Under the pieces are notes generated by a model. It saw nothing but the letters and a program-made list of their open reading frames with translations. It searched no databases and was not told the DNA's origin. The position numbers were made by a program, and so were the translations under genes. A DNA stretch of 64,000 nt from Tepidisphaera sp. (GTDB lineage Bacteria > Planctomycetota > Phycisphaerae > Phycisphaerales > UBA1924): positions 1,152,001-1,216,000 of the forward strand of contig CP051526.1 of NCBI GenBank assembly GCA_050916045.1. Reading direction: 5' to 3'. Every line of letters starts with the position of its first letter. The first letter of the stretch is position 1. This document shows positions 8,908 through 17,018 of the stretch, in pieces.

Positions 8908-9843
8908 ATGTCCAAGCCGCGATTGACCGTGTTCGGTCTGGCTTTGTGGGCGATCGGCGTGCTGCTTCTCGCGTCGTGCGACAAGCCGGCCGTGCCGGTG
9001 GCCGCGCCCGCGCGCACGGTGCTGACGTCGTTCTACCCCACGACCTACTTCGCCGAGCGGATCGCGAGCGGCAAGGTCGATGTGCGATGCCCGTGCCCGC
9101 CGGGGGAGGATCCGGTTTCGTGGAAGCCATCGCGTGCGGACCTCGCCGCGTACCAGGAAGCGGGCCTCATCGTCCTCAACGGAGCCGCGTTTGAGAAGTG
9201 GCCGGCGAGCGCTTCGCTGCCTGCGGCGAGGACGGTGAGCACCGCGGCTTCCTTCAAGGACGAGTTCATCCGCTCCAAGACGGTCACGCACAGCCACGGG
9301 CCAGGCGGCAAGCACAGCCACTCGGGCATCGACGGGCACACGTGGGTCGACCCTGTGAACGCCAAGACGCAGGCCAAGGCGATCCGCGACGCCATGTCCA
9401 AAGCGTGGCCGGAGCACGCTCAAGTGTTCGAAGCGGGGTTCGCGGGCCTTGCGGCTGATCTTGACGGGCTGGACGCTCGCTGCCGCGAGGTCACGGTCCA
9501 GATCGGAACTCGGCCGATCCTCACCTCGCACCCGGCGTATGCGTACATCGCGAGGCGGTATGGCTGGAAGGTTGTCGATCTGGACGTGCCGCCCGATGAG
9601 GAGCCTTCCGAGTCGTCATGGGCTTCGGTCCGTGACGCGGTTTCGGGGGCGAGCGAGGCGCCGAAGGTGATGCTCTTTGAGTCCGAACCTCTTCCCGCGA
9701 CGCGGGAGCGGCTGCTCCGCGAGTTCAAGGTGGTCGCGGTGACGTTCAGCCCGTGCGAGTCCGCCGAAGCGGGTCGCGATTATCTTGTTCGCATGCGTGC
9801 CAACCTTGACGCCCTTTCCACTGCACTTGTTCCCGCCCCTTGA
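8908..9843 (+). CDS. Metal (Zn/Mn) ABC substrate-binding lipoprotein, ZnuA/AdcA family
   Basis: Lipobox LLASC, His-rich loop HSHGPGGKHSH, DGHTWVDP, SHPAYAY; the start could be 8884 or 8896. Confidence 0.88.
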   Translation: MSKPRLTVFGLALWAIGVLLLASCDKPAVPVAAPARTVLTSFYPTTYFAERIASGKVDVRCPCPPGEDPVSWKPSRADLAAYQEAGLIVLNGAAFEKWPASASLPAARTVSTAASFKDEFIRSKTVTHSHGPGGKHSHSGIDGHTWVDPVNAKTQAKAIRDAMSKAWPEHAQVFEAGFAGLAADLDGLDARCREVTVQIGTRPILTSHPAYAYIARRYGWKVVDLDVPPDEEPSESSWASVRDAVSGASEAPKVMLFESEPLPATRERLLREFKVVAVTFSPCESAEAGRDYLVRMRANLDALSTALVPAP

Positions 9844-11726
9844 AGGAGCCGATCGTGCTGATGATTCCTGTCCTTGCGATGATGACGGCCTTTGCGATTC
9901 AACCCGGCGACGCCGTGACCGATCCGGCGCTGCGGCTTCATTTCGGTCTGCATGTCGGGACGGCGACGGAAACGACGAAGACGGACGCTTCGGGGCGGGT
10001 CACGGCTTTGATCGCGGGCAAGCCGGTCAAGGCGACGGTGGGTCCGAGCGAGGGCTACGGGTTCAACGGCAAGACGGACTGGTTCACGGTCGCGGATTCG
10101 GTGGCGAAGGCACGGGAACTTCTGCCGTCGCGTGAGATGACGGTGTCGGCTTGGGTGAGCGTGAACGAGGTTCAGACCTGGGGATCGGTGATCGGCTGCG
10201 TTCAGGACAACGGCGGTGCCGAAGCGGGGTGGGTGCTCGGGCACAACACGGAGCATTTCACGTTCGGGCTGGCTTCCAAGGGTGGAAGCGACGCGGACGG
10301 CCGACTCACGTATCTCGAGGGTTCGACGCCGATCGTGCAGGGCAAGTGGTACCACGTCGCGGGGACGTACGACGGGGCGGTGATGCGGCTTTACGTCAAC
10401 GGGAAAATGGAAGCGGAGACGAAGGTCCAGTCCGGGGACATTCTCTATCCGACGGAAGCGGGAGTGCCGTTCAACATCGGCTGCTTCCAGGACCAGAACG
10501 AGAAGCACCCGTTTAGCGGCGTTATTCTGGAAGCGAAGATGCACTCGCGGGTTCTGCCGGAGTCCGCGCTGACGACGGAAGCGGCGGCGGGGGCGAGGCT
10601 TCTGAGCTATGACCCGCCGTACAGCCAGACGCAGAAGTTCCTCGTGACGCCGTACCTGCAGGGTGCGACGCAGACGGGCATGACGATTTCGTGGGAGACG
10701 GCCAGGCCGGCTCGCGGGTATGTCGAGTATGGAGAGCGGCTGCCGTATGACCGCAAGACGGAGACGGGGCCCTTGGCGACGATGCACGAGATTCGCCTTG
10801 AGGGCCTCAAGCCGGAAACGCAGTACTTCTACCGTGTGCACGCGGTCGCGGAAGGGGCGGAAAGTGAATCCGCAGCGAATCTGGTGGGTGAGCCGCTGAC
10901 GCTTCGGACGGCGGTGCTGCCGGAGTCGCCCTTCGCGTTCGTCGCGATCGGTGACACGCAGAAGAATCCCGAGGTGATCAAGCGTCTTCAGACGTTCGCG
11001 TACTCGCTTCGTCCGAACTTTGAGATTCACCTCGGGGACGTCGTGAACGAGGGTCCGGACAAGAACGAGTGGACGAAGGAGTTCTTCCCCGGGTCGGCTC
11101 CGCTGATCAGCCGCGTGCCGATCTTCCCCGCCATCGGCAACCATGAGAAGAACCACTCGCTCTACTACCAGTACTTCAACCTCCCGGGCCCCGAGTACCG
11201 GTACACGTACACGTACGGGAACGCTCAGTTCTTCGTGATCGACACGAACAAGCCGGTGGTTCCGGGCAGCGAGCAGTACAAGTGGCTCGACGAGGAACTC
11301 GCCAAGTCCAAAGCGACGTGGAAGTTCTGCTACCACCACCACACGGTGTGGTGCTCGGACGAGGACGATTACGGCGATACGTACAAGGAGACCTCGACCT
11401 GGGGCGACCTGCGGCACCGTCCGCTCGCGGGGCTTTACGAGAAGCACCGCGTCGACATGGTCTTCAACGGGCACGTCCACTGCTACGAGCGGACCTGGCC
11501 GATCCTGGGCGACAAGATCGATCAGGATAACGGCGTGATCTACGTGACCAGCGGGGGCGGCGGAGGCGGGCTGGAGTCGGCCGCGCCGTCGCGGACGTGG
11601 TTCCAGCACCGCACGTACCGCGGGCACCACGTGACGTACGTCACGATCCACGGCAAGTCGCTCCACCTGCAGGCTTTTGATCTCGAAGGCCGGCTGTTTG
11701 ACACGATGGAACTCAAGAAGAAGTGA
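9840..11726 (+). CDS. Secreted LamG-like + FN3/PAP N-terminal + calcineurin-like metallophosphoesterase
   Basis: LamG motif WYHVAGTYDGAVMRLYVNG; PYLQ...ISWET...HEIRLEGLKPETQYFYRV; catalytic motifs GDTQ, GDVVN, GNHE, HHH, GHVH. Confidence 0.88.
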   Translation: MKEPIVLMIPVLAMMTAFAIQPGDAVTDPALRLHFGLHVGTATETTKTDASGRVTALIAGKPVKATVGPSEGYGFNGKTDWFTVADSVAKARELLPSREMTVSAWVSVNEVQTWGSVIGCVQDNGGAEAGWVLGHNTEHFTFGLASKGGSDADGRLTYLEGSTPIVQGKWYHVAGTYDGAVMRLYVNGKMEAETKVQSGDILYPTEAGVPFNIGCFQDQNEKHPFSGVILEAKMHSRVLPESALTTEAAAGARLLSYDPPYSQTQKFLVTPYLQGATQTGMTISWETARPARGYVEYGERLPYDRKTETGPLATMHEIRLEGLKPETQYFYRVHAVAEGAESESAANLVGEPLTLRTAVLPESPFAFVAIGDTQKNPEVIKRLQTFAYSLRPNFEIHLGDVVNEGPDKNEWTKEFFPGSAPLISRVPIFPAIGNHEKNHSLYYQYFNLPGPEYRYTYTYGNAQFFVIDTNKPVVPGSEQYKWLDEELAKSKATWKFCYHHHTVWCSDEDDYGDTYKETSTWGDLRHRPLAGLYEKHRVDMVFNGHVHCYERTWPILGDKIDQDNGVIYVTSGGGGGGLESAAPSRTWFQHRTYRGHHVTYVTIHGKSLHLQAFDLEGRLFDTMELKKK

Positions 11727-11734
11727 GGAAACGA

Positions 11735-11783
11735 GAATCTTCGCGGATTCTTCACCCGGCGATGGGATCTCGGGACTTACGCT
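11735..11783 (+). promoter_or_regulatory. Pho-box-like 11-bp direct repeats plus -10 hexamer (leaderless promoter)
   Basis: GAATCTTCGCG-GATTCTTCACC (11735-11756), 21-nt gap, TACGCT (11778-11783), then ATG at 11790. Confidence 0.6.
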
Positions 11784-11789
11784 CGCCCC

Positions 11790-12461
11790 ATGCCAAGGCC
11801 GCTGGTTGATCTTTTCGTGTTCGACATCGCGGGGACCACGGTGAAGGACGACAACGTCGTTCAGCGGGCGTTCGACCGCGTGATCGATCGGAGTAAGCTG
11901 ACCGTGCCAAGCGGATGGATCCGCGAACGGATGGGTTGGAACAAGGTGCAGGTCTTCGCCGAGGCTCTGGCGATGAACGGTCGCGACACGGGGCCCGCGG
12001 GCGAGCTCGCGACGGAGTTCACCGGCGAGATCATCTCGATGATGGATGAAAGCCCGCCCGTGGCGCTGCCGGGAGCCGCCGAGGCGCTGCGGAAGCTGCG
12101 TGCCGCGGGGGTGATGATCGCGTTCAACACCGGGTACTCGGCGGCGCTCGCTTCGGAGATCATCCACCGCATGGGATGGGCGCCCGATGCGATCGTGGGT
12201 TCGGACCTCGTAGCTCACGGACGGCCCGCGCCGGACATGATCCACCTCGCGATGGAGCGCACCGGAGTTACGGACGCCGGCCGCGTGGGCGTCATCGGCG
12301 ACACACCGAGCGACCTGAAAGCCGGCACTGCCGCCGGGTGCCGCTTTGTGATCGGCGTGGGGCATGGCACGTTCACGCTCGCGGAGTTGGGCGGTTCGCC
12401 GCACACGCACCTCGTGCCCGATCTCGAGAGTCTGCCGGAGATTCTGAATGTCCTCGTATGA
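11790..12461 (+). CDS. Phosphonatase-like HAD hydrolase (PhnX-like, TIGR03351-like)
   Basis: Motif I FDIAGTT (DxAGT as in PhnX), cap motif MGWNK, NTGY, GRPAPDM, GDTPSD. Confidence 0.85.
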   Translation: MPRPLVDLFVFDIAGTTVKDDNVVQRAFDRVIDRSKLTVPSGWIRERMGWNKVQVFAEALAMNGRDTGPAGELATEFTGEIISMMDESPPVALPGAAEALRKLRAAGVMIAFNTGYSAALASEIIHRMGWAPDAIVGSDLVAHGRPAPDMIHLAMERTGVTDAGRVGVIGDTPSDLKAGTAAGCRFVIGVGHGTFTLAELGGSPHTHLVPDLESLPEILNVLV

Positions 12462-13611
12462 CGTGCTGGTGGTTGGCGGGGGAATTGTCGGGCTGGCGCA
12501 TGCTCTGGAAGCCCAGCGGCGCGGGCTCTCGGTGCTGCTTTGCGAGCGTGCTCCCCGCGCGGTCGGAGCGTCCATCCGCAACTTCGGGATGGTGTGGCCG
12601 ATCGGTCAGCCGGCGGGCCGCGGGTTTCAGCGGGCGCTGAAGTCGCGGGCGATCTACCTCGATCTGGCCGCCAAAGCGGGCTTCTGGGTCGAGCCGGTCG
12701 GGTCCCTCCACGCGGTGCACCACGAGGATGAGCTCGAATGCGTCGACCAGTTCGTCGAGCGCACGCGTCCATTCGGGTTTGAAGTCTCGCGGCTTTCCGC
12801 GAAGGAAGCGATCGCCCGTTGCCCCGCGCTGCGGCCCGAGCGGCTGCTGGGGGCTCTATGGAGCGCGACCGAACTGGCGGTGAACCCGCGCGAGGTGGTG
12901 GCCAAGCTTCACGCCTACCTGGCCACGCTGCCGCGGGCCGAGGTGCGGGTGGGGTGCGCCGTTCGCCGCATCGAGCATCCCAAAGCCGAGCTGGCTTCGG
13001 GCGAAGTCGTCACGGCGAAGCGGATCTTCGTCTGCGGCGGCGATGACGTCGAAACGCTTTACCCGGAGATCTTCCGCGCTGCTCCGGTGTCGCGTTGCAA
13101 GCTTCAGATGATGCGGACGATCGTGCAGCCGGGCGGATTCAGGCTTGGGACGCACGTCGCCGCGGGGAGCACGCTCCGGCACTATCCGGTGTTCAAGGGG
13201 TTGCCGGCGCTGGATTCGGTGCGGGCCCGGTTCGCTCGCGATCTGCCGCACTTTGACCGCTGGGGCATCCATGTGATGGCGTCCCAGACGCGCGAGGGCG
13301 AGATCACCATCGGCGACAGCCACGAGTACGGGGATCTGCTCGATCCGTTCGATCAGGATCAGATCGATCGCTGGATTCTCGACTACCTGACGGGCTTCCT
13401 GCACCTGCCGGATCTGACGATCGCGCAGCGGTGGCACGGGGTGTATCTCAAGCGGATGGACGGGTTGCTTGAGTTCATCCACGAGCCCGAGCCGGGGGTG
13501 CGGATCGTGACCGGGCTGGGAGGGAACGGCATGACGCTTTCGCTGGGTCTGGCGGTCGAGCACTTTGAGTCGCTGGATCGAGGGCAGGCGTGGGTGCCGA
13601 CGCCGGCGTGA
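12448..13611 (+). CDS. FAD-dependent oxidoreductase (DAO family, TIGR03364-like)
   Basis: GGGIVG dinucleotide-binding motif, GASIRNFGMVWP, CKLQMMR, IGDSHEY, RWHGVY, GGNGMT; adjacent to the PhnX-like HAD. Confidence 0.85.
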   Translation: MSSYDVLVVGGGIVGLAHALEAQRRGLSVLLCERAPRAVGASIRNFGMVWPIGQPAGRGFQRALKSRAIYLDLAAKAGFWVEPVGSLHAVHHEDELECVDQFVERTRPFGFEVSRLSAKEAIARCPALRPERLLGALWSATELAVNPREVVAKLHAYLATLPRAEVRVGCAVRRIEHPKAELASGEVVTAKRIFVCGGDDVETLYPEIFRAAPVSRCKLQMMRTIVQPGGFRLGTHVAAGSTLRHYPVFKGLPALDSVRARFARDLPHFDRWGIHVMASQTREGEITIGDSHEYGDLLDPFDQDQIDRWILDYLTGFLHLPDLTIAQRWHGVYLKRMDGLLEFIHEPEPGVRIVTGLGGNGMTLSLGLAVEHFESLDRGQAWVPTPA

Positions 13612-13673
13612 TCGGCTTGAGATCATGGCGGCCTCATGCGGACTTGTTGCGGAGCTGAGGCGCACTTGCCGGG

Positions 13674-13743
13674 GAGTCTTCGCGGAGTCTTCGTCGAGTC
13701 TTCGCGTGACCTGCACAAGGTGGGCTCGGCGTTTCGGTAAGGT
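13674..13743 (+). promoter_or_regulatory. Pho-box-like 11-bp direct repeats plus -10 hexamer
   Basis: GAGTCTTCGCG-GAGTCTTCGTC-GAGTCTTCGCG-TGACCTGCACA (13674-13717), 20-nt gap, TAAGGT (13738-13743). Confidence 0.65.
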
Positions 13744-13752
13744 CGTCCCGCG

Positions 13753-15093
13753 ATGACCACCCATCCTACCGACGTACCTCCCGGCGCTCCGGCCGTTCCA
13801 GTTGTGCCCGCGGTTTCGTCGGCCCGGTGGACTTCCGGCCAGATTCTGACGCTTGTCGCGCTCACGCTCGGCTACACCGGGTTCTACCTCTGCCGCGTGA
13901 ACTATTCGGTTTCCAAGCCTTCGCTTCTGAAGGAGTTCGGATCGCAGGGGGTGGATTCGGTCGCGCTGGGAGCGGTCGATTCGGCGGGGACGCTCTGCTA
14001 CGCGTTTGGCAAGATCCTGCTCGGGATCGCTGCGGACTTCTTCTCGGCCAAGGGCGTGTTCATTCTGGCGATGGCGGGGTCGGTCGCGGCGACGGTCGCG
14101 TTCGCGGCGTCATCGGGGCGAGTGGGGTTTCTCCTGTCGTGGTGCGTCAATCGATCGGTGCAGTCCGCGGGTTGGGGCGCGCTGACGAAGATCACGTCGC
14201 GGTGGTTCGCCGCCGATCAGTACGGGCGGGCGATGGCCATCCTCGCGCTCTCGTACTTCTTCGGCGATGCGCTGGCACGCCTGCTCTACGGGCAGTTGCT
14301 CGAGAGCGGGATGAGCTGGCGCGGTTTGTACGTCACCGGAGCGGTGCTGCTCTCGATCCTCGCGGTTGCGTGCCTTTTCGCGATCCGCGAAGCTCCAGCC
14401 CAGCCGGTCGCCGCTTCGTCGCGCTCTGTCTTTGACGAAACCGGAGACAAGCCCAAGCCGGAGAGCCTCGGTGCGCTGCTCGCTCCGTTCTTTCAGAGCC
14501 CGGTCTTCTGGTGCGTGTGTGTGATGTCCGCGGGCCTGACGTTCACGCGAGAGACCTTCAACTCGTGGACGCCGCTTTACCTTTCGGAGAGTCTGGGGCT
14601 CACGCCCGCGGAAGCCGCACGCTCAAGCTCGCTGTTTCCGTTCTTCGGGGGGATCTCGGTGCTCGCGGCGGGGTGGGCGAGCGATCGTCTGTTCCGCGGA
14701 CGGCGTGGCGTGGTGATGGTGTTCATGCTGATCCCGGCGTGCGTCTGCCTGATCGGGCTTTCGATGACGGGCCCGGAGAGCGATCCATGGACGGGTCGGA
14801 TGCTGATCAGCGGCGCGGCTTTGGGAATGCTGGGGCCGTACGCGTTCCTGTCGGGCGCGATCGCGCTGGACCTTGGAAGCCGCAAGGGGAGTGCATCGGC
14901 GGCGGGCATGATCGACGCGGTGGGTTACTTCGCCGGAGCGCTCGCCGGGGCTCCGATTGCCAAGATCGCCAAGGGCTGGGGCTGGTCCGGGGCGTTCACG
15001 ACGCTCGCCGCCACGGTGGTCGTCGTGACGTTTGCGGCCGCGATGTACTGGCGGAGCGAGCGGCGCAAGGACCGAGCGGCGGGCACGGCCTGA
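13753..15093 (+). CDS. MFS transporter, organophosphate:Pi antiporter (GlpT/UhpC/OPA) family
   Basis: GYTGFYLCRVNYS, YAFGK, QSAGW, RWF, F.SWTP.YL, AGWASDRLF, AAGMIDAVGY; about 12 TM helices. Confidence 0.88.
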   Translation: MTTHPTDVPPGAPAVPVVPAVSSARWTSGQILTLVALTLGYTGFYLCRVNYSVSKPSLLKEFGSQGVDSVALGAVDSAGTLCYAFGKILLGIAADFFSAKGVFILAMAGSVAATVAFAASSGRVGFLLSWCVNRSVQSAGWGALTKITSRWFAADQYGRAMAILALSYFFGDALARLLYGQLLESGMSWRGLYVTGAVLLSILAVACLFAIREAPAQPVAASSRSVFDETGDKPKPESLGALLAPFFQSPVFWCVCVMSAGLTFTRETFNSWTPLYLSESLGLTPAEAARSSSLFPFFGGISVLAAGWASDRLFRGRRGVVMVFMLIPACVCLIGLSMTGPESDPWTGRMLISGAALGMLGPYAFLSGAIALDLGSRKGSASAAGMIDAVGYFAGALAGAPIAKIAKGWGWSGAFTTLAATVVVVTFAAAMYWRSERRKDRAAGTA

Positions 15094-15128
15094 GGGGTAC
15101 CGCTGCCGCGAGTGGGGGCCGCGGTCGG

Positions 15129-15161
15129 AAAAACGACAACGCCCGGCAAGCCGGGCGTGTC
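15129..15161 (-). terminator. Terminator downstream of tRNA-Glu
   Basis: Stem ACGCCCGGC/GCCGGGCGT followed by a U-tract on the minus strand. Confidence 0.6.
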
Positions 15162-15165
15162 TGAA

Positions 15166-15240
15166 TGACCCCATTGGGATTCGAACCCAAGTTTTCAGGA
15201 TGAGAACCTGACGTCCTGGACCAGGCTAGACGATGGGGCC
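15166..15240 (-). tRNA. tRNA-Glu (anticodon CTC), CCA not encoded
   Basis: Reverse complement reads GGCCCCA...TGGGGTCA; anticodon arm TCAGG-TTCTCAT-CCTGA; T-loop GGTTCGAATCC. Confidence 0.95.
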
Positions 15241-15367
15241 ATCGAAGGACCGTTTCGCCAGGACGCCCAACAATAGCCCGTGGGAACGAAAATGGCCAAA
15301 CGGTCGCGGGACCATTTGGCCAGATCGGTGTGCGGTTCAGGGCTCTGAGACGGGTTTGCTGGCCGGA

Positions 15368-16216
15368 TCAGGCCGCTTCGCGCTGTTCTTCGGGTTCCGC
15401 TCGGGTGCCGGCCACGCCGTCGCGGGTCACGTAGAACAGGTCGTGCGTGATCGGGTAGGGCAAGCGGCGGTAATCCTGCTCGACGCGGGCGTGCAGGCGG
15501 CGGACAAACTTCTCCGGACCTGTCGACAGCGCCACGAACATGTCGCGAGCGGGGGTGGCGACGTAGAAGTCGCCGCCGAGGTGCGGAGCCAGGCGCTGGT
15601 GCAGGTCGCCCATGAGCAGGCGGGCAGCGTCGTACCCGTCGTGATGCCCGAGAATCGCGGCTTTCCCGCCTTCCTTGCTCTCGACGAACTGGACGTCGAG
15701 TTCGGGAGCGTACTTCTCGAGGTTCTCGCGGGCGATGAGGTCGAGGTCATCGACGGTGAGGTTCCAGCGGAGGACCTGCTCGGTGGTGATGCTCACGGTC
15801 ATCTGGGGCAGGTCGGTCACAAAGACGACGACGGTGCCGTTGACGAAGGGGATGTGAGCGACCTGCTCGCGGGCGAGGTGCTCGAAGATCGTTTCGGGCT
15901 GGATGCGGGGCATGATCCGCGGCCGGGCGAAATCCAGAGCCATGGTCATGACGCGGGCGGCGTCGGAAGCGAAGAGCTGCTCGACGTAGTGCTCGATGAT
16001 CTCGCCCGAGCGGTCCGGCTCGTTGGTCACCATGCGGTGGAGATTCTCGAGGTCGAGCCGGCGTCCGTTGACGAGCATCTCGCGCGGGCCGGTGAGGTCG
16101 ACCGAGAAATCCGGCTGCCGGTCGCGGAGCAGTTGGGCGACCATCTGGGCGAAATCCTGCGGCTCATTGCGGGAGTCACGGGGGTTCTGGTCGCGATCAC
16201 GAGATTTACCGGGCAT
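15368..16216 (-). CDS. DUF1444-like protein
   Basis: IMPRIQ, DL.AREN L, DGYDAARLL, VATPARD motifs; SD GGGAG. Confidence 0.7.
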   Translation of the reverse strand: MPGKSRDRDQNPRDSRNEPQDFAQMVAQLLRDRQPDFSVDLTGPREMLVNGRRLDLENLHRMVTNEPDRSGEIIEHYVEQLFASDAARVMTMALDFARPRIMPRIQPETIFEHLAREQVAHIPFVNGTVVVFVTDLPQMTVSITTEQVLRWNLTVDDLDLIARENLEKYAPELDVQFVESKEGGKAAILGHHDGYDAARLLMGDLHQRLAPHLGGDFYVATPARDMFVALSTGPEKFVRRLHARVEQDYRRLPYPITHDLFYVTRDGVAGTRAEPEEQREAA

Positions 16217-16530
16217 CGGTCACTCCCTTTTCTGACGCCGGGAGGTGACGATCCTGATGGGCACGGCCCGCCAAGGAATCGTTCCTGAGGCAGGCAGTTC
16301 ATCGAGGTTCTATCCGTGCCGGGTGAGAATCAGTTCCACGCGCAGACCTTCGGGACGTTCGACGCGACGGATGTTCCGTCCGAGCATGGTCGAACGCTTC
16401 CTGCGGGTCGTGCGGGACCTTCGTGTTGTGCAGGCCAGGCGTGGGGCGGCGGCCCCTCGCGGGGCCTGCAGTTCGACCCTGCTTTGGGTGGACGGCTTCG
16501 GAGGCCAATGGAAGCGGGGAGGGTGTCTGG

Positions 16531-16536
16531 TATAAT
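16531..16536 (+). promoter_or_regulatory. Consensus -10 box for acpP-fabF
   Basis: TGGTATAAT (extended -10) about 155 nt upstream of acpP. Confidence 0.55.
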
Positions 16537-16691
16537 GCCTTTCGCACCTGAGGAAGCCCGAGAGGGCCGCCTGGGGGCGCGGTTCGGTGGCGGTGAGGGT
16601 CGGGGGAGGGTGAAACGGGTACGGTCGGCGTGGCCGGCCTCCGCGGAAAGAGTGTGCAATCAGCAGTGTGGCAGTCAGCCTGGAGTAGTCC

Positions 16692-16937
16692 ATGACCGAG
16701 CAAGAGATTGAATCGAAGGTGATCGAGATCGTGGCCGAGCAGCTGCAGGTCGAGAAGGGCAAGATCTCTCGGACCACGAGCTTCGTCGACGACCTCAACG
16801 CCGACAGCCTCGATCAGGTCGAGCTGGTGATGGAGCTCGAAGACGCGTTCTCGACCCAGATCCCCGACGACCAGGCCGAGAAGCTCCGCACGGTCGGCGA
16901 AGCGGTCGACTTCATCAAGACGGCCAAGGCCAAGTAA
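16692..16937 (+). CDS. acpP: Acyl carrier protein
   Basis: [18 protein letters not shown] with the phosphopantetheine-accepting Ser. Confidence 0.97.
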   Translation: MTEQEIESKVIEIVAEQLQVEKGKISRTTSFVDDLNADSLDQVELVMELEDAFSTQIPDDQAEKLRTVGEAVDFIKTAKAK

Positions 16938-17018
16938 GTTCCTCCTGCGTCCCAAGCGTGCTTCGGCTGAGGCGAGGGTGCTCACGCGCCGCTCGGGCGC
17001 CGATTTCCGGACGTTCCA

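Noticed and set aside
16546..16660. Hammerhead-like CTGAGGA-stem (GCCC-GAGA-GGGC) in the acpP leader
   Set aside because: The required GAAA does not follow stem II (it reads CGCC). It may be a structured 5' UTR, but no ribozyme or riboswitch can be supported.
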